Source: Nitrospirota bacterium (GTDB lineage: Bacteria > Nitrospirota > UBA9217). From it: DNA of 64,000 nt. Positions 29,599 to 38,437 of the stretch are shown one piece after another (position 1 is the first letter of the stretch; every line of letters begins with the position of its first letter). Location: contig CAVTRN010000002.1 of the NCBI GenBank assembly GCA_963737155.1, positions 2,272,001-2,336,000 of the forward strand. The letters are read 5' to 3'. Under the pieces are notes generated by a model. That model had not been told where the DNA came from. It did not search any database and saw only the letters and a list, made by a program, of their open reading frames with translations. The translations under genes and the position numbers were made by a program.

Positions 29599-30954
29599 AT
29601 GGAAAAACCGAACATTCTCGTTGTTGACGACGAAAAAGACATCTGCATGGCGTTGAATATCCTCCTGACGAAGGAAGGCTATGAGGTCAAGGAGGCATAC
29701 AACGGCGAGCAGGCTCTTGACCGCTTGCGCGAGGCGAATTTCGACGTTGTTATGACCGACATCAGGATGGGGAAAATGGACGGATTCGAAGTACTGAAGC
29801 AGGCCCAGAAGATCAGCCCTGAAACATCGGTCGTTATGATGACAGCCTTTGCCTCAGTGGGTTCTGCGGTCGAAGCAATGCGCACCGGCGCCTCGGACTA
29901 TATCACCAAACCTTTCATCAATGATGAAATCAGGCTGACGATCAGGAAACTGCTCCAGAGCAGGGAACTACAGATGGAAAACCAGATACTTCGTCAGGAA
30001 TTAAGCCAGCGGCGGGGAGAATTTGTTAACATCATCGGCAGTTCGGAACCCATACAAAAAGTTTTTGCCTTTATGGAAAAGGTCATTCCCAACAAAAGCA
30101 ACATTCTCATCACCGGGGAAAGCGGAACAGGAAAAGGTCTGGTGGCCCAGGCCATCCACACGGCTGGCCCGCGCAAGGACAAGCCCTTTATTTCCATCAA
30201 TTGTGGCGCCATCCCGGAAAACCTTCTGGAAAGCGAGTTGTTCGGCCATAAAAAAGGCTCCTTCACATCGGCGAACGAAGACAAGAAAGGCCTGATCACC
30301 ATGGCCAATGGCGGGACTCTCTTTCTCGACGAGATAGGCGAGCTTCCCCAAGCGCTGCAGGTAAAGCTGCTGCATGTTATCCAGACTAAGGAGCTTACAC
30401 CGGTGGGCGATACACGCGTCATTACTGTAGACGTTCGCATCATTGCTGCGACGAATGCCGACTTGGTACAAAGGGTCAAGGAAAACAGATTCCGCGAGGA
30501 TCTGTATTACCGCTTGAACGTGATCGAGATCCGCATGCCTTCCCTGCGGGAGCGGAGGGACGACATCCCGGTGCTCATCAAACATTACCTCGCGATCTTT
30601 ACTAAGGAATCCGGAAAAACCATCAAGGACATTGACTACGAGGCAATGCAATCTCTCCTCGCCTATGACTGGCCCGGCAATATACGAGAGCTGAGAAATA
30701 CGATTGAACGGGCTGTCGTTCTAGCTGACAATGAAGTCATAACGATTCACGATTTGCCTGATAAATTCAGAACGCTGGACATTGAAGGGGTCTCTACATC
30801 GTCACTGCGGCAGGCGCTGGATAGTTTTGAAAGGGAATACATCCGGCGCGGTCTGGCGGAGAATAAAGGGAGCAAGGAAATCACGGCGAGCAAGCTCGGC
30901 ATCGATCTCGCCACACTTTACCGGAAGCTGAAGAAGCTCAGAATCGAAGCTTAG
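29599..30954 (+). CDS. NtrC-family sigma-54-dependent response regulator
   Basis: Receiver domain, GESGTGK, ESELFGHKKGSFTSA (GAFTGA variant), WPGNIREL, Fis-type HTH. Confidence 0.95.
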   Translation: MEKPNILVVDDEKDICMALNILLTKEGYEVKEAYNGEQALDRLREANFDVVMTDIRMGKMDGFEVLKQAQKISPETSVVMMTAFASVGSAVEAMRTGASDYITKPFINDEIRLTIRKLLQSRELQMENQILRQELSQRRGEFVNIIGSSEPIQKVFAFMEKVIPNKSNILITGESGTGKGLVAQAIHTAGPRKDKPFISINCGAIPENLLESELFGHKKGSFTSANEDKKGLITMANGGTLFLDEIGELPQALQVKLLHVIQTKELTPVGDTRVITVDVRIIAATNADLVQRVKENRFREDLYYRLNVIEIRMPSLRERRDDIPVLIKHYLAIFTKESGKTIKDIDYEAMQSLLAYDWPGNIRELRNTIERAVVLADNEVITIHDLPDKFRTLDIEGVSTSSLRQALDSFEREYIRRGLAENKGSKEITASKLGIDLATLYRKLKKLRIEA

Positions 30955-31039
30955 TCCCCGTGCTGCTTCTTTGCCGGTGGATAGCGACTCGTCGTACCTG
31001 GGAAAAATAGTATGAATTTTTATAGAAAATTAATCCTAA

Positions 31040-31240
31040 CGGTTAAAACCCTTTGGGCAATTTTGGGGAGTCTTGATGATAATTTTCCCTATACTTTATT
31101 TGAGAAGCGTAACCTCGTGCTCTACCATACATAGTAATAACGGATCAACAGCAACCAAGTTTGGTAACCACACTTTCGTTGCAAAGAAGATTGCTAGTTC
31201 CACCGTTAGACCCCTGGTTTTATCCAGGGTGGTCAGAAAA
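31040..31240. mobile_element. Possible IS200-like degenerate MITE bounded by hairpins
   Basis: aaaccctttgggcaattttggggag and gacccctggttttatccagggtggtc hairpins; weak TnpA C-terminal similarity on the minus strand. Confidence 0.3.
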
Positions 31241-31280
31241 CCGAATATTCATGATCAGCCTGCAACGTGATAACCCCAGT

Positions 31281-31332
31281 TTATAAATCAGCGCCGTAAA
31301 AATCTCGGCCTTCAGGCCGGAGAGGATGTCAA
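31281..31332 (+). mobile_element. Minimal ~48-bp IS200/IS605 derivative (PATE-like)
   Basis: TTAT, then aaatcagcgccgtaaaa (left-end signature), one hairpin ctcggccttcaggccggag, and gatgTCAA (right-end signature). Confidence 0.65.
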
Positions 31333-31396
31333 CTGTTGTTAATCGCCATGTTCAGCTCTCTCATCATCAAAAGTAGTCTATGGCGCACTGCCCCAT

Positions 31397-32392
31397 TCAG
31401 CATATTCGCGGCAGCTGTTCACCCTGCAACATATCGATGATGCGCGTTCCGCCGATAGCAGTTTCCAGCAATACACCTCCGCGCGGCGAATCAGAAACCT
31501 CGCCGATTACGGCTGCTTCTCGTCCATGTTCGTGCCTTTTCATATTTGTTACCATGGCGTCGGCAATCGTCGCATCCACTATAGCTATAAGTATGCCTTC
31601 ATTTGCGACATAGAGTGGATCAAGTCCCAGCAGACTGCAGGCGCCCCTAACCCCCTTCGGAATCGGAAGGGAAGACTCCTTGATACGGATGCATAAGCGC
31701 GATTCAATCGCCGCCTCCTTGAGTGTCGTGGCAAGACCACCTCTAGTCGGATCGCGCATAAAATGAATATTTGATGAAACACTGTACATCGATTCCACAA
31801 GGCCGTTCAGCGCACGCGTATCGCTCATCACCTGTGGATCAAAGGTCAAACCGTTTCGCTCCGACATTACAGCCACACCGTGGCTACCAACCTCTCCGCT
31901 GATGATGACTTTGTCGCTTTTCCCGATTCTTGCTGCCAATATGTCCCGTCCGTCCTGCAATACGCCGATACCCGATGTGTTGATGAAAATCCCATCCGCT
32001 TTACCTCTGTTCACCACTTTCGTATCCCCTGCTACAACCTTGACGCCCGCTTTTTCAGCTGCAGAGCACATTGAAGAGATGATCTTTTTCAAATCAGCGA
32101 GAAGGAATCCTTCTTCTATTATGAAGCCTGCGGAGAGATACAGAGGATTAGCACCCGAAACAGCGAGATCGTTCACCGTCCCGTTTATGGCAAGTTCCCC
32201 GATATTACCACCCGGGAAAAAGAGCGGCGTAACTACATAGGAATCAGTAGTATAGGCCAAGCGGCGAGATGGCACGTTCACTATGGCTGAATCACCCGAT
32301 CCCTCGATGCCGAAAGCAGAACTGAATTGGGTTTTGATTAGGTCATGCATAAGTCTGCCGCCGCTGCCGTGTCCGAGGAGAATTTTATCCAC
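31397..32392 (-). CDS. hypE: Hydrogenase carbamoyl dehydratase
   Basis: HGSGG, MRDPTRGG, C-terminal LPRIC. Confidence 0.96.
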   Translation of the reverse strand: MDKILLGHGSGGRLMHDLIKTQFSSAFGIEGSGDSAIVNVPSRRLAYTTDSYVVTPLFFPGGNIGELAINGTVNDLAVSGANPLYLSAGFIIEEGFLLADLKKIISSMCSAAEKAGVKVVAGDTKVVNRGKADGIFINTSGIGVLQDGRDILAARIGKSDKVIISGEVGSHGVAVMSERNGLTFDPQVMSDTRALNGLVESMYSVSSNIHFMRDPTRGGLATTLKEAAIESRLCIRIKESSLPIPKGVRGACSLLGLDPLYVANEGILIAIVDATIADAMVTNMKRHEHGREAAVIGEVSDSPRGGVLLETAIGGTRIIDMLQGEQLPRIC

Positions 32393-32455
32393 GCTATGCT
32401 CCTTAAAGAAATGATGGTCTCGATAAAGTTGCGCTTTATATTTTTGGCAAATTCA

Positions 32456-33517
32456 TCACGAATGATTTCCATATTTATAATATGCCGCGCAGCTTCCCTC
32501 GGTGCTGACCATGCAGGGGCCAACCGGGTTTTCAGGCGTGCAGCCTGTTCCGAAGAGCGAACACTCCGTCGGGATCTTTACACCTCGGAGAATATCGCCG
32601 CAAGAACACAGTTCCGGCTCATTTGCATCCGAAGCGGGAGGATTGAACTTCCTGTTTGCGTCGAACGCGGCATACTGTTCTCGTAGCTTTAGGCCGCTTG
32701 CAGTTATCACGCCAATCCCGCGCCAGTATGCGTCGGCAGGTTCAAAATATCGATCGAGAAGCGCGATTGCGCGCGTATTTCCTTCCGGACGTACAACCGT
32801 GCGATACTGAATTTCCACGGCCGAACGCTTCTCGGCTATCTGACGTACGATCATCAGTATACCTTCAATTATTTCTTTTGCTTCGAAGCCGGTTATAACC
32901 GACGGTTTTTTATACTGCATAGCGACAAATTCGTAAGGCTTCTGTCCAATAATGGTGCTCACATGTCCCGGGAGCAGGAACCCGTCCATTTTGACATCAG
33001 ACGAATCGAGCAATGCTTTTAGCGCAGGCGGCACAAGTTTGAATGCGGCATACACTGAAACATTCCGGATTCCTAACTTTTCAGCTTGCGCAATGCTGGC
33101 GGCGATAAGCGGTGAGGTGGTTTCAAAACCTGTTCCGAAAAAAACAAATTGGCGATGAGGCTCTACCTTCGCAAGCTTCAGCGTATCGAGTGGCGAATAG
33201 AGAACTCGCACATCAGCGCCTTCCGCTCTCGCTTCCAAAAGCGATTCTGTTCCGCCGGGCACACGCATCATGTCGCCGAAGGTCGTCATGGTAACTCCAG
33301 GTATTTTTGCAATAGCGATGGCGGCATCAATATCCCGAACAGATGTTACGCACACCGGGCATCCCGGCCCGCTGAGCAGTGTTATACTCCTCGGGATCAC
33401 GTCACGGATGCCGTGTCTGAAGATTTCAACGGTATGAGTTCCGCAGACTTCCATCAGTTTCAGAGGTCTGTTGATTTCCTTTGTCAGGACCTGCAATTCG
33501 TCCAGCATCTGTTTCAT
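32456..33517 (-). CDS. hypD: Hydrogenase maturation protein
   Basis: MEVCGTHT, GPGCPVCV, GFETT, PGHVS, GPCMVSTEGSC. Confidence 0.96.
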   Translation of the reverse strand: MKQMLDELQVLTKEINRPLKLMEVCGTHTVEIFRHGIRDVIPRSITLLSGPGCPVCVTSVRDIDAAIAIAKIPGVTMTTFGDMMRVPGGTESLLEARAEGADVRVLYSPLDTLKLAKVEPHRQFVFFGTGFETTSPLIAASIAQAEKLGIRNVSVYAAFKLVPPALKALLDSSDVKMDGFLLPGHVSTIIGQKPYEFVAMQYKKPSVITGFEAKEIIEGILMIVRQIAEKRSAVEIQYRTVVRPEGNTRAIALLDRYFEPADAYWRGIGVITASGLKLREQYAAFDANRKFNPPASDANEPELCSCGDILRGVKIPTECSLFGTGCTPENPVGPCMVSTEGSCAAYYKYGNHS

Positions 33518-35979
33518 ATCCCGCGCTCCCTATACTCCACTCGAGCTTGCTTCAGTCGTTCTCGCACAAGGTAGGCCTGTCCCAGTGAAATGCACGCATC
33601 ATTACAGGGTACTTTGCTGTTCATATACACATTCAATCCCTCGCCGGAAAGAGCGGTCGTAACTCCATTCAGGAGATACCTGTTCTGGAACGTTCCACCG
33701 CTCAGGGCGATATCTCCGATACCGAAGTGCCCAGCTATCTGTTTTGCCATCGTCACAATCGCCGCGACGACGGTATTGTGAAACTTTGCAGCAATAGTTT
33801 CCCTCGGAATTCGGTGCAGTTCGCGAGCAATGGCCAGTATCGCCGGTGAAAAATCCAAGATAGTATACCCATTTTCCTGCGTGAACTCAATGGGATACTC
33901 TTCGGAAACCCCCTCTTGAGCGCAGGCTTCCAAGGCCATGGCGGCCTCACCTTCGAAGGTGTTCTGATCGCAAATACCGATCAAAGCGGATACGGCATCG
34001 AACAATCTGCCTGCTCCGGACGAGAGCGGTGAGAATTCGCGGGATCGGGCAATAATCCCGACATTTACGATGTTATTTTTGCCATACTTTTCGACAAATC
34101 CACATGTCTCGAGAAGATTCCAGGCGTCAGTACGGGCAGAGTTCATAATGAAGCTGACTGCTGTCTTCCAAGGTTCACGTATGGCAGTCTCTCCGCCGGG
34201 AAGCGGAATATAGCCCAGATGTCCCACCCGTTGAAAACCGTTGATATCTGCAATGATAAATTCCCCACCCCACAGATGTCCATCAGTGCCGTAACCCGTT
34301 CCGTCGAAGGCAACACCGATAATCCTGTGCTTCAATCCATGTTCGGCCATAACCGATCCAATGTGCGCATAGTGATGCTGGAGGCCAACGGTCGTCAATT
34401 CCTTTCCCAGCCCCTGCCCTCCTGCCCTTGTCCCATATTCCTTCGCCCATCGCGTCGACAGATACTCCGGATGCAGATCGTGAACGATTGCCTGCGGCTC
34501 AGCCCGATAAACCTTCTTGAGATTCGTAAGGATTGTTTCGAAGAATTTCATGGTTTCATAATTTTCCATATCGCCGATATGCTGGCTGGGAATAGCAAAC
34601 CTGCCTTTTGTCAGGGTAAAGGTATTCTTGAGATCGGCACCGCATCCGAGCACTTCTGGGCCTTCATCGTGCAGCATGATCGGATCAGGAGCGTATCCTC
34701 GCGAACGGCGGATAAATATCAGATCGGAGTTCACAGTTCTTGGTTCAGAATTGTAACTATTTCTCTGTTCCTTATATGAACAATCGTCCTTGTGCGCACT
34801 CCGAACTCTTAACTCTGAACTTTTTACTTTTATGACCGAGTCATCTACACGCATAAAAATATCGCGATTATGTAAGAGGAAACCATCCGCAATGTCCGCA
34901 AGTTTCACAAGAGCCTCTTCGTTGTCATGGATGATCGGCTCTTCCGAGATGTTTCCGCTCGTCATGACCAGTGCATCGAAATGAGCATCCACAACCGACG
35001 TTTTCTCATCCAGGGGGTGATGGAACAGGAGATAATGAAGCGGAGTATAGGGCAACAGAAAGCCAACATCCCTGTTGTTCGGAGACACCGCACTCGGCAG
35101 TGAGCATTTGTCCAGCTTTTGCAGCAGCACAATCGGGCGCCTGCTCGACGCCACCGCATCACGTTCAGCTCTGGAAACGATGCAAAATTTCTCTATCCTT
35201 TCGACATCGGGGGACATTACGGCAAAGGGTTTGTTGCTCTTCCTTTTTTTTTCACGCAATCTTCCGACTGCGACGTCATTCAAAGCATCGCAGGCAATGT
35301 GGAATCCCCCGACCCCCTTGACCGCGACGATCCCGCCCTGCCGGAGGACATGAATAGCTTTCTGAATAGCATGTGCGTTCTCATTTACTCTGAATTTTTT
35401 ATTCTGTTCTTTGTACTCGACACAAGGCCCGCAGGTTGCGCACGCATTCGGCTGTGCGTGAAACCGGCGATTCCTCGGTTCTTCATATTCCTTTCGGCAT
35501 GATCCACACATGATGAAACCAGCCATGGTCGTGTTCGGCCTGTCGTAAGGGATTGACCGCGTGATGGAATATCGTGGCCCGCAGTTCGTACAGTTGATGA
35601 AAGGATAGAGATACCTTCGGTTGGCGGGATCGAGCATTTCTTGAAGGCAATCAGGGCAGATCGAGACATCAGGTGACACCAGGGTAAAGGGCAAACCCTG
35701 TGCATGATCAAGACTCTGACGTATGACGAATTCACGGTAACCGTGGAAGGGGAAAGATGTTACTGTGAACTCGGTGATTTGCGAAAGCGGCGGAGCTTCT
35801 CTTCTCAGCCGTTCGATAAACTCGGGCAGACGCGTTCCCTCTACGTCGATAAACACTCCTTCGCACGTATTGGTCACATACCCCTTCAAGTCCAAAGATT
35901 CGGCAAGGTTGAAGATGTAAGGACGAAAACCAACGCCCTGGACAATGCCCTTGACTATGATTTGAGCCCGCGTAACCAT
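33514..35979 (-). CDS. hypF: Carbamoyltransferase
   Basis: GIVQGVGFRP acylphosphatase domain, two zinc fingers, QHHYAH, FEGEAAM. Confidence 0.96.
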   Translation of the reverse strand: MVTRAQIIVKGIVQGVGFRPYIFNLAESLDLKGYVTNTCEGVFIDVEGTRLPEFIERLRREAPPLSQITEFTVTSFPFHGYREFVIRQSLDHAQGLPFTLVSPDVSICPDCLQEMLDPANRRYLYPFINCTNCGPRYSITRSIPYDRPNTTMAGFIMCGSCRKEYEEPRNRRFHAQPNACATCGPCVEYKEQNKKFRVNENAHAIQKAIHVLRQGGIVAVKGVGGFHIACDALNDVAVGRLREKKRKSNKPFAVMSPDVERIEKFCIVSRAERDAVASSRRPIVLLQKLDKCSLPSAVSPNNRDVGFLLPYTPLHYLLFHHPLDEKTSVVDAHFDALVMTSGNISEEPIIHDNEEALVKLADIADGFLLHNRDIFMRVDDSVIKVKSSELRVRSAHKDDCSYKEQRNSYNSEPRTVNSDLIFIRRSRGYAPDPIMLHDEGPEVLGCGADLKNTFTLTKGRFAIPSQHIGDMENYETMKFFETILTNLKKVYRAEPQAIVHDLHPEYLSTRWAKEYGTRAGGQGLGKELTTVGLQHHYAHIGSVMAEHGLKHRIIGVAFDGTGYGTDGHLWGGEFIIADINGFQRVGHLGYIPLPGGETAIREPWKTAVSFIMNSARTDAWNLLETCGFVEKYGKNNIVNVGIIARSREFSPLSSGAGRLFDAVSALIGICDQNTFEGEAAMALEACAQEGVSEEYPIEFTQENGYTILDFSPAILAIARELHRIPRETIAAKFHNTVVAAIVTMAKQIAGHFGIGDIALSGGTFQNRYLLNGVTTALSGEGLNVYMNSKVPCNDACISLGQAYLVRERLKQARVEYRERGI
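34723..34825. repeat. Inverted heptamer-repeat insertion inside hypF (in frame)
   Basis: GAGTTCA CAGTTCT TGGTTCA GAATTGT ... ACTCCGA ACTCTTA ACTCTGA ACTTTTT; encodes an insert of roughly 30 aa between VDDSV and FIRRSRG. Confidence 0.6.
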
Positions 35980-36599
35980 TGAGCCCACGCGTCGATCCCC
36001 AAGCCTGTGGCGCAGGAGACTTCGAATATCTTTAGATTAGGATTGAGGGCAAGCGAATCATTCCGGACCTTGTTCATGTCCGTGTTCATGTAGGGTAGAA
36101 GATCTATCTTGTTCAACACCAGGGCTGAGGACTCGCGGAACATGAGGGGGTATTTTAGTGGTTTGTCGTGCCCTTCTGCGATGGAGAGCACCATCATTTT
36201 CATATCCTCTCCGACCTTGAACTCGGCCGGGCAGACCAAATTCCCGACATTTTCGATAATCAGCATGTCTAGGTCCCTGAGCGGCAGTTCATCGAGCACT
36301 TCATTTATCATGTTCGCGTCCAGATGGCAGGCTCCGCCGGTGTTTATCTGAACCACTGGCACTTCAAGCGCTCCAATCCGTTCTGCGTCATCGAATTCGA
36401 CGATATCACCTTCAATCACCCCGATTTTCAGATAAGGTTTGATCGCCTGAATCGTCCGTTCGAGAAGAGTCGTCTTCCCCGCTCCCGGAGCACCCATGAG
36501 ATTGACCACATAGACGCCGGCATTGTGGAATCTCCTGCGGTTTTCTTCCGCGATCCTATCGTTAGCTTCTAGTATACGGGTGACGACCTTTACCTTCAT
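35955..36599 (-). CDS. hypB: Hydrogenase nickel incorporation GTPase
   Basis: GAPGAGKT, CHLDA, ENVGNLVCPA, KPLKYP, NKIDL. Confidence 0.96.
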   Translation of the reverse strand: MKVKVVTRILEANDRIAEENRRRFHNAGVYVVNLMGAPGAGKTTLLERTIQAIKPYLKIGVIEGDIVEFDDAERIGALEVPVVQINTGGACHLDANMINEVLDELPLRDLDMLIIENVGNLVCPAEFKVGEDMKMMVLSIAEGHDKPLKYPLMFRESSALVLNKIDLLPYMNTDMNKVRNDSLALNPNLKIFEVSCATGLGIDAWAQWLRGLKS

Positions 36600-37138
36600 T
36601 CATTTATCTCCATATCGACGATTTCCATTTCCCGTCCACTTTTCATTTCAATAAATTGGGATCCACAAAGCGGGCAGGAAAAAAAGAACCCGGCATTATC
36701 CACGGTAAAATTTTTTTTGCACTCGGAGCACACGCCGCTTATAGGAACTGGTTCTATGACCAGTTGGGCATTTTCAGCCACCGTATTTGTCTTCGATGCA
36801 TCGAATGCAAACTTGAGCGCCTCGGGCATGACACCGGCCGCTTTTCCGATACGCAGCCTCACAGAATCGACCCGATGACCACCTGCCTCGCGGCATTTTT
36901 CCACGACAATATCGAGAATACCCAGAGCAAGAGCTGTTTCATGCATGGCATTTCCTGATTCAACGATGTCCTTTTCGATCTTTTGTATTGCAAATCCGGC
37001 ATGGACAAGGACATAGTCCCCCACCCGTGGTTCTTCAGGCATGAGCATGAGGTTTACTTCTTTCCTCGCTCCGAATACGTCTATTATTGCAGACAAATTA
37101 TCTATGCTGATGATTCTCGAGGGGATTGCGAGACACAT
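36596..37138 (-). CDS. hypC-hypA: HypC-HypA fusion protein
   Basis: N-terminal MCLAIP..VGDYVLVHAGFAI (HypC), in frame with MHETALA..CSEC..CPLC..GREM (HypA, ATG at 36946). Confidence 0.9.
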   Translation of the reverse strand: MCLAIPSRIISIDNLSAIIDVFGARKEVNLMLMPEEPRVGDYVLVHAGFAIQKIEKDIVESGNAMHETALALGILDIVVEKCREAGGHRVDSVRLRIGKAAGVMPEALKFAFDASKTNTVAENAQLVIEPVPISGVCSECKKNFTVDNAGFFFSCPLCGSQFIEMKSGREMEIVDMEINE

Positions 37139-37277
37139 AGAAAAATCCGATCACTACAAGAGAATTGACTGCCGATGTTACTGACACCATTTATCGCACA
37201 TCTCGTCTGTCCTGTCAAGCGCCTGCAGGACATCGTCCGGGCGGCTGCCGTGACAAGCCAAGCATAACTGACCACCG

Positions 37278-37784
37278 TCAGATAGCCTTCAGCTTTTTCA
37301 ATTCCTCGAAAATCAGATCTTTCACCTTCGGGATAACCGCTTTCAATTCATCGCTCAATTCGAGTGACCATGAGGTGACATCCTTTGGTTGAACGCCTAT
37401 GATGACCGTTTTCGGCTTCCTCCCGGTCAATTCGGCCATTTGAAGAACGTCGATGATACTAATCTGATGAAGGGAAACCTGCTGCTCTACAGCGAACTTC
37501 ATGTCGTCGGGTGAGAAACGAAACAGAGAACCAGGAGTGTCATTAGCCTCAACAACATCAATAATGATAAGGTTATCGACCTCATGGAGCAACGGGATCA
37601 ATTGATGACTGACCGTGCCCGCTTCCATCACTTTTACGTTTTCTGGAAAAGCTGTATCTTGAAGGGCGTTTATCAGATGGACGCCGAAACCATCGTCCTT
37701 GAGCAGGAGATTACCGACACCGAGTATGAGAACTTCCTGGGGAGGCGCCGAAACGCCTCCCCGGATCTGATCATCTAATATCAT
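37278..37784 (-). CDS. Hydrogenase maturation protease (HyaD/HybD family)
   Basis: LGVGNLLLKDDGFG, IIDVV, SLHQ. Confidence 0.93.
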   Translation of the reverse strand: MILDDQIRGGVSAPPQEVLILGVGNLLLKDDGFGVHLINALQDTAFPENVKVMEAGTVSHQLIPLLHEVDNLIIIDVVEANDTPGSLFRFSPDDMKFAVEQQVSLHQISIIDVLQMAELTGRKPKTVIIGVQPKDVTSWSLELSDELKAVIPKVKDLIFEELKKLKAI

Positions 37785-37785
37785 C

Positions 37786-38427
37786 TTAATGTTTTTTGAG
37801 TTTGTATCCCGTAAAGATGGACGTAAGTGAATGATCCTTGTTAATCATGGTGATCATGATGCTCATGTACACGTGGATCAGCACGAAGATGACGAAGAAC
37901 CACATGACGAGGATATGCCAGATCCTGGTATAGGATTCTCCCCCGAGCATATTACTCACCCACAGGAAACTGTTCGGCGTCTTGATGAACCCGAAGAGAT
38001 GGCCGTGGTATAACGCTGCCCCGGTCAGTGCCTCGAAGATGATTGCGAGGCCAACCACGATGTAGGCTAAAGCTTGGAGCGGGTTATATTTTCGGTAATC
38101 CTTATGCGAGCCTTTCATGAAGAGATAATAGCCAAGGATATCTGGGACATTCTTCAGGTTCTCAATGACCGAGAAGTCCTTCCAGTCGGCATCAAAAGTC
38201 GATCGGAAAGCCATATAAATCCTCACAATGAGCCCCAAGATGAGCGCATAAGCCGCCACAAAATGGGCAAAACGCACCGATGCCATGATCATACTACCCG
38301 GCCCGCCGGATATGAACGGCCAGTGGATATAGATGCCGGTGAAGACGAGCACTGCGATCGCAATGACCCTGATCCAGTGGTCCAGAATGTAGCCGAAGCT
38401 CCACTCCTTTATCATTTCATTTCCCAT
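37786..38427 (-). CDS. [NiFe]-hydrogenase cytochrome b subunit
   Basis: DHW, RFAHF, KYNPLQ, WH..IHVY; 4 TM helices. Confidence 0.92.
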   Translation of the reverse strand: MGNEMIKEWSFGYILDHWIRVIAIAVLVFTGIYIHWPFISGGPGSMIMASVRFAHFVAAYALILGLIVRIYMAFRSTFDADWKDFSVIENLKNVPDILGYYLFMKGSHKDYRKYNPLQALAYIVVGLAIIFEALTGAALYHGHLFGFIKTPNSFLWVSNMLGGESYTRIWHILVMWFFVIFVLIHVYMSIMITMINKDHSLTSIFTGYKLKKH

Positions 38428-38437
38428 AGTGTCCTCC

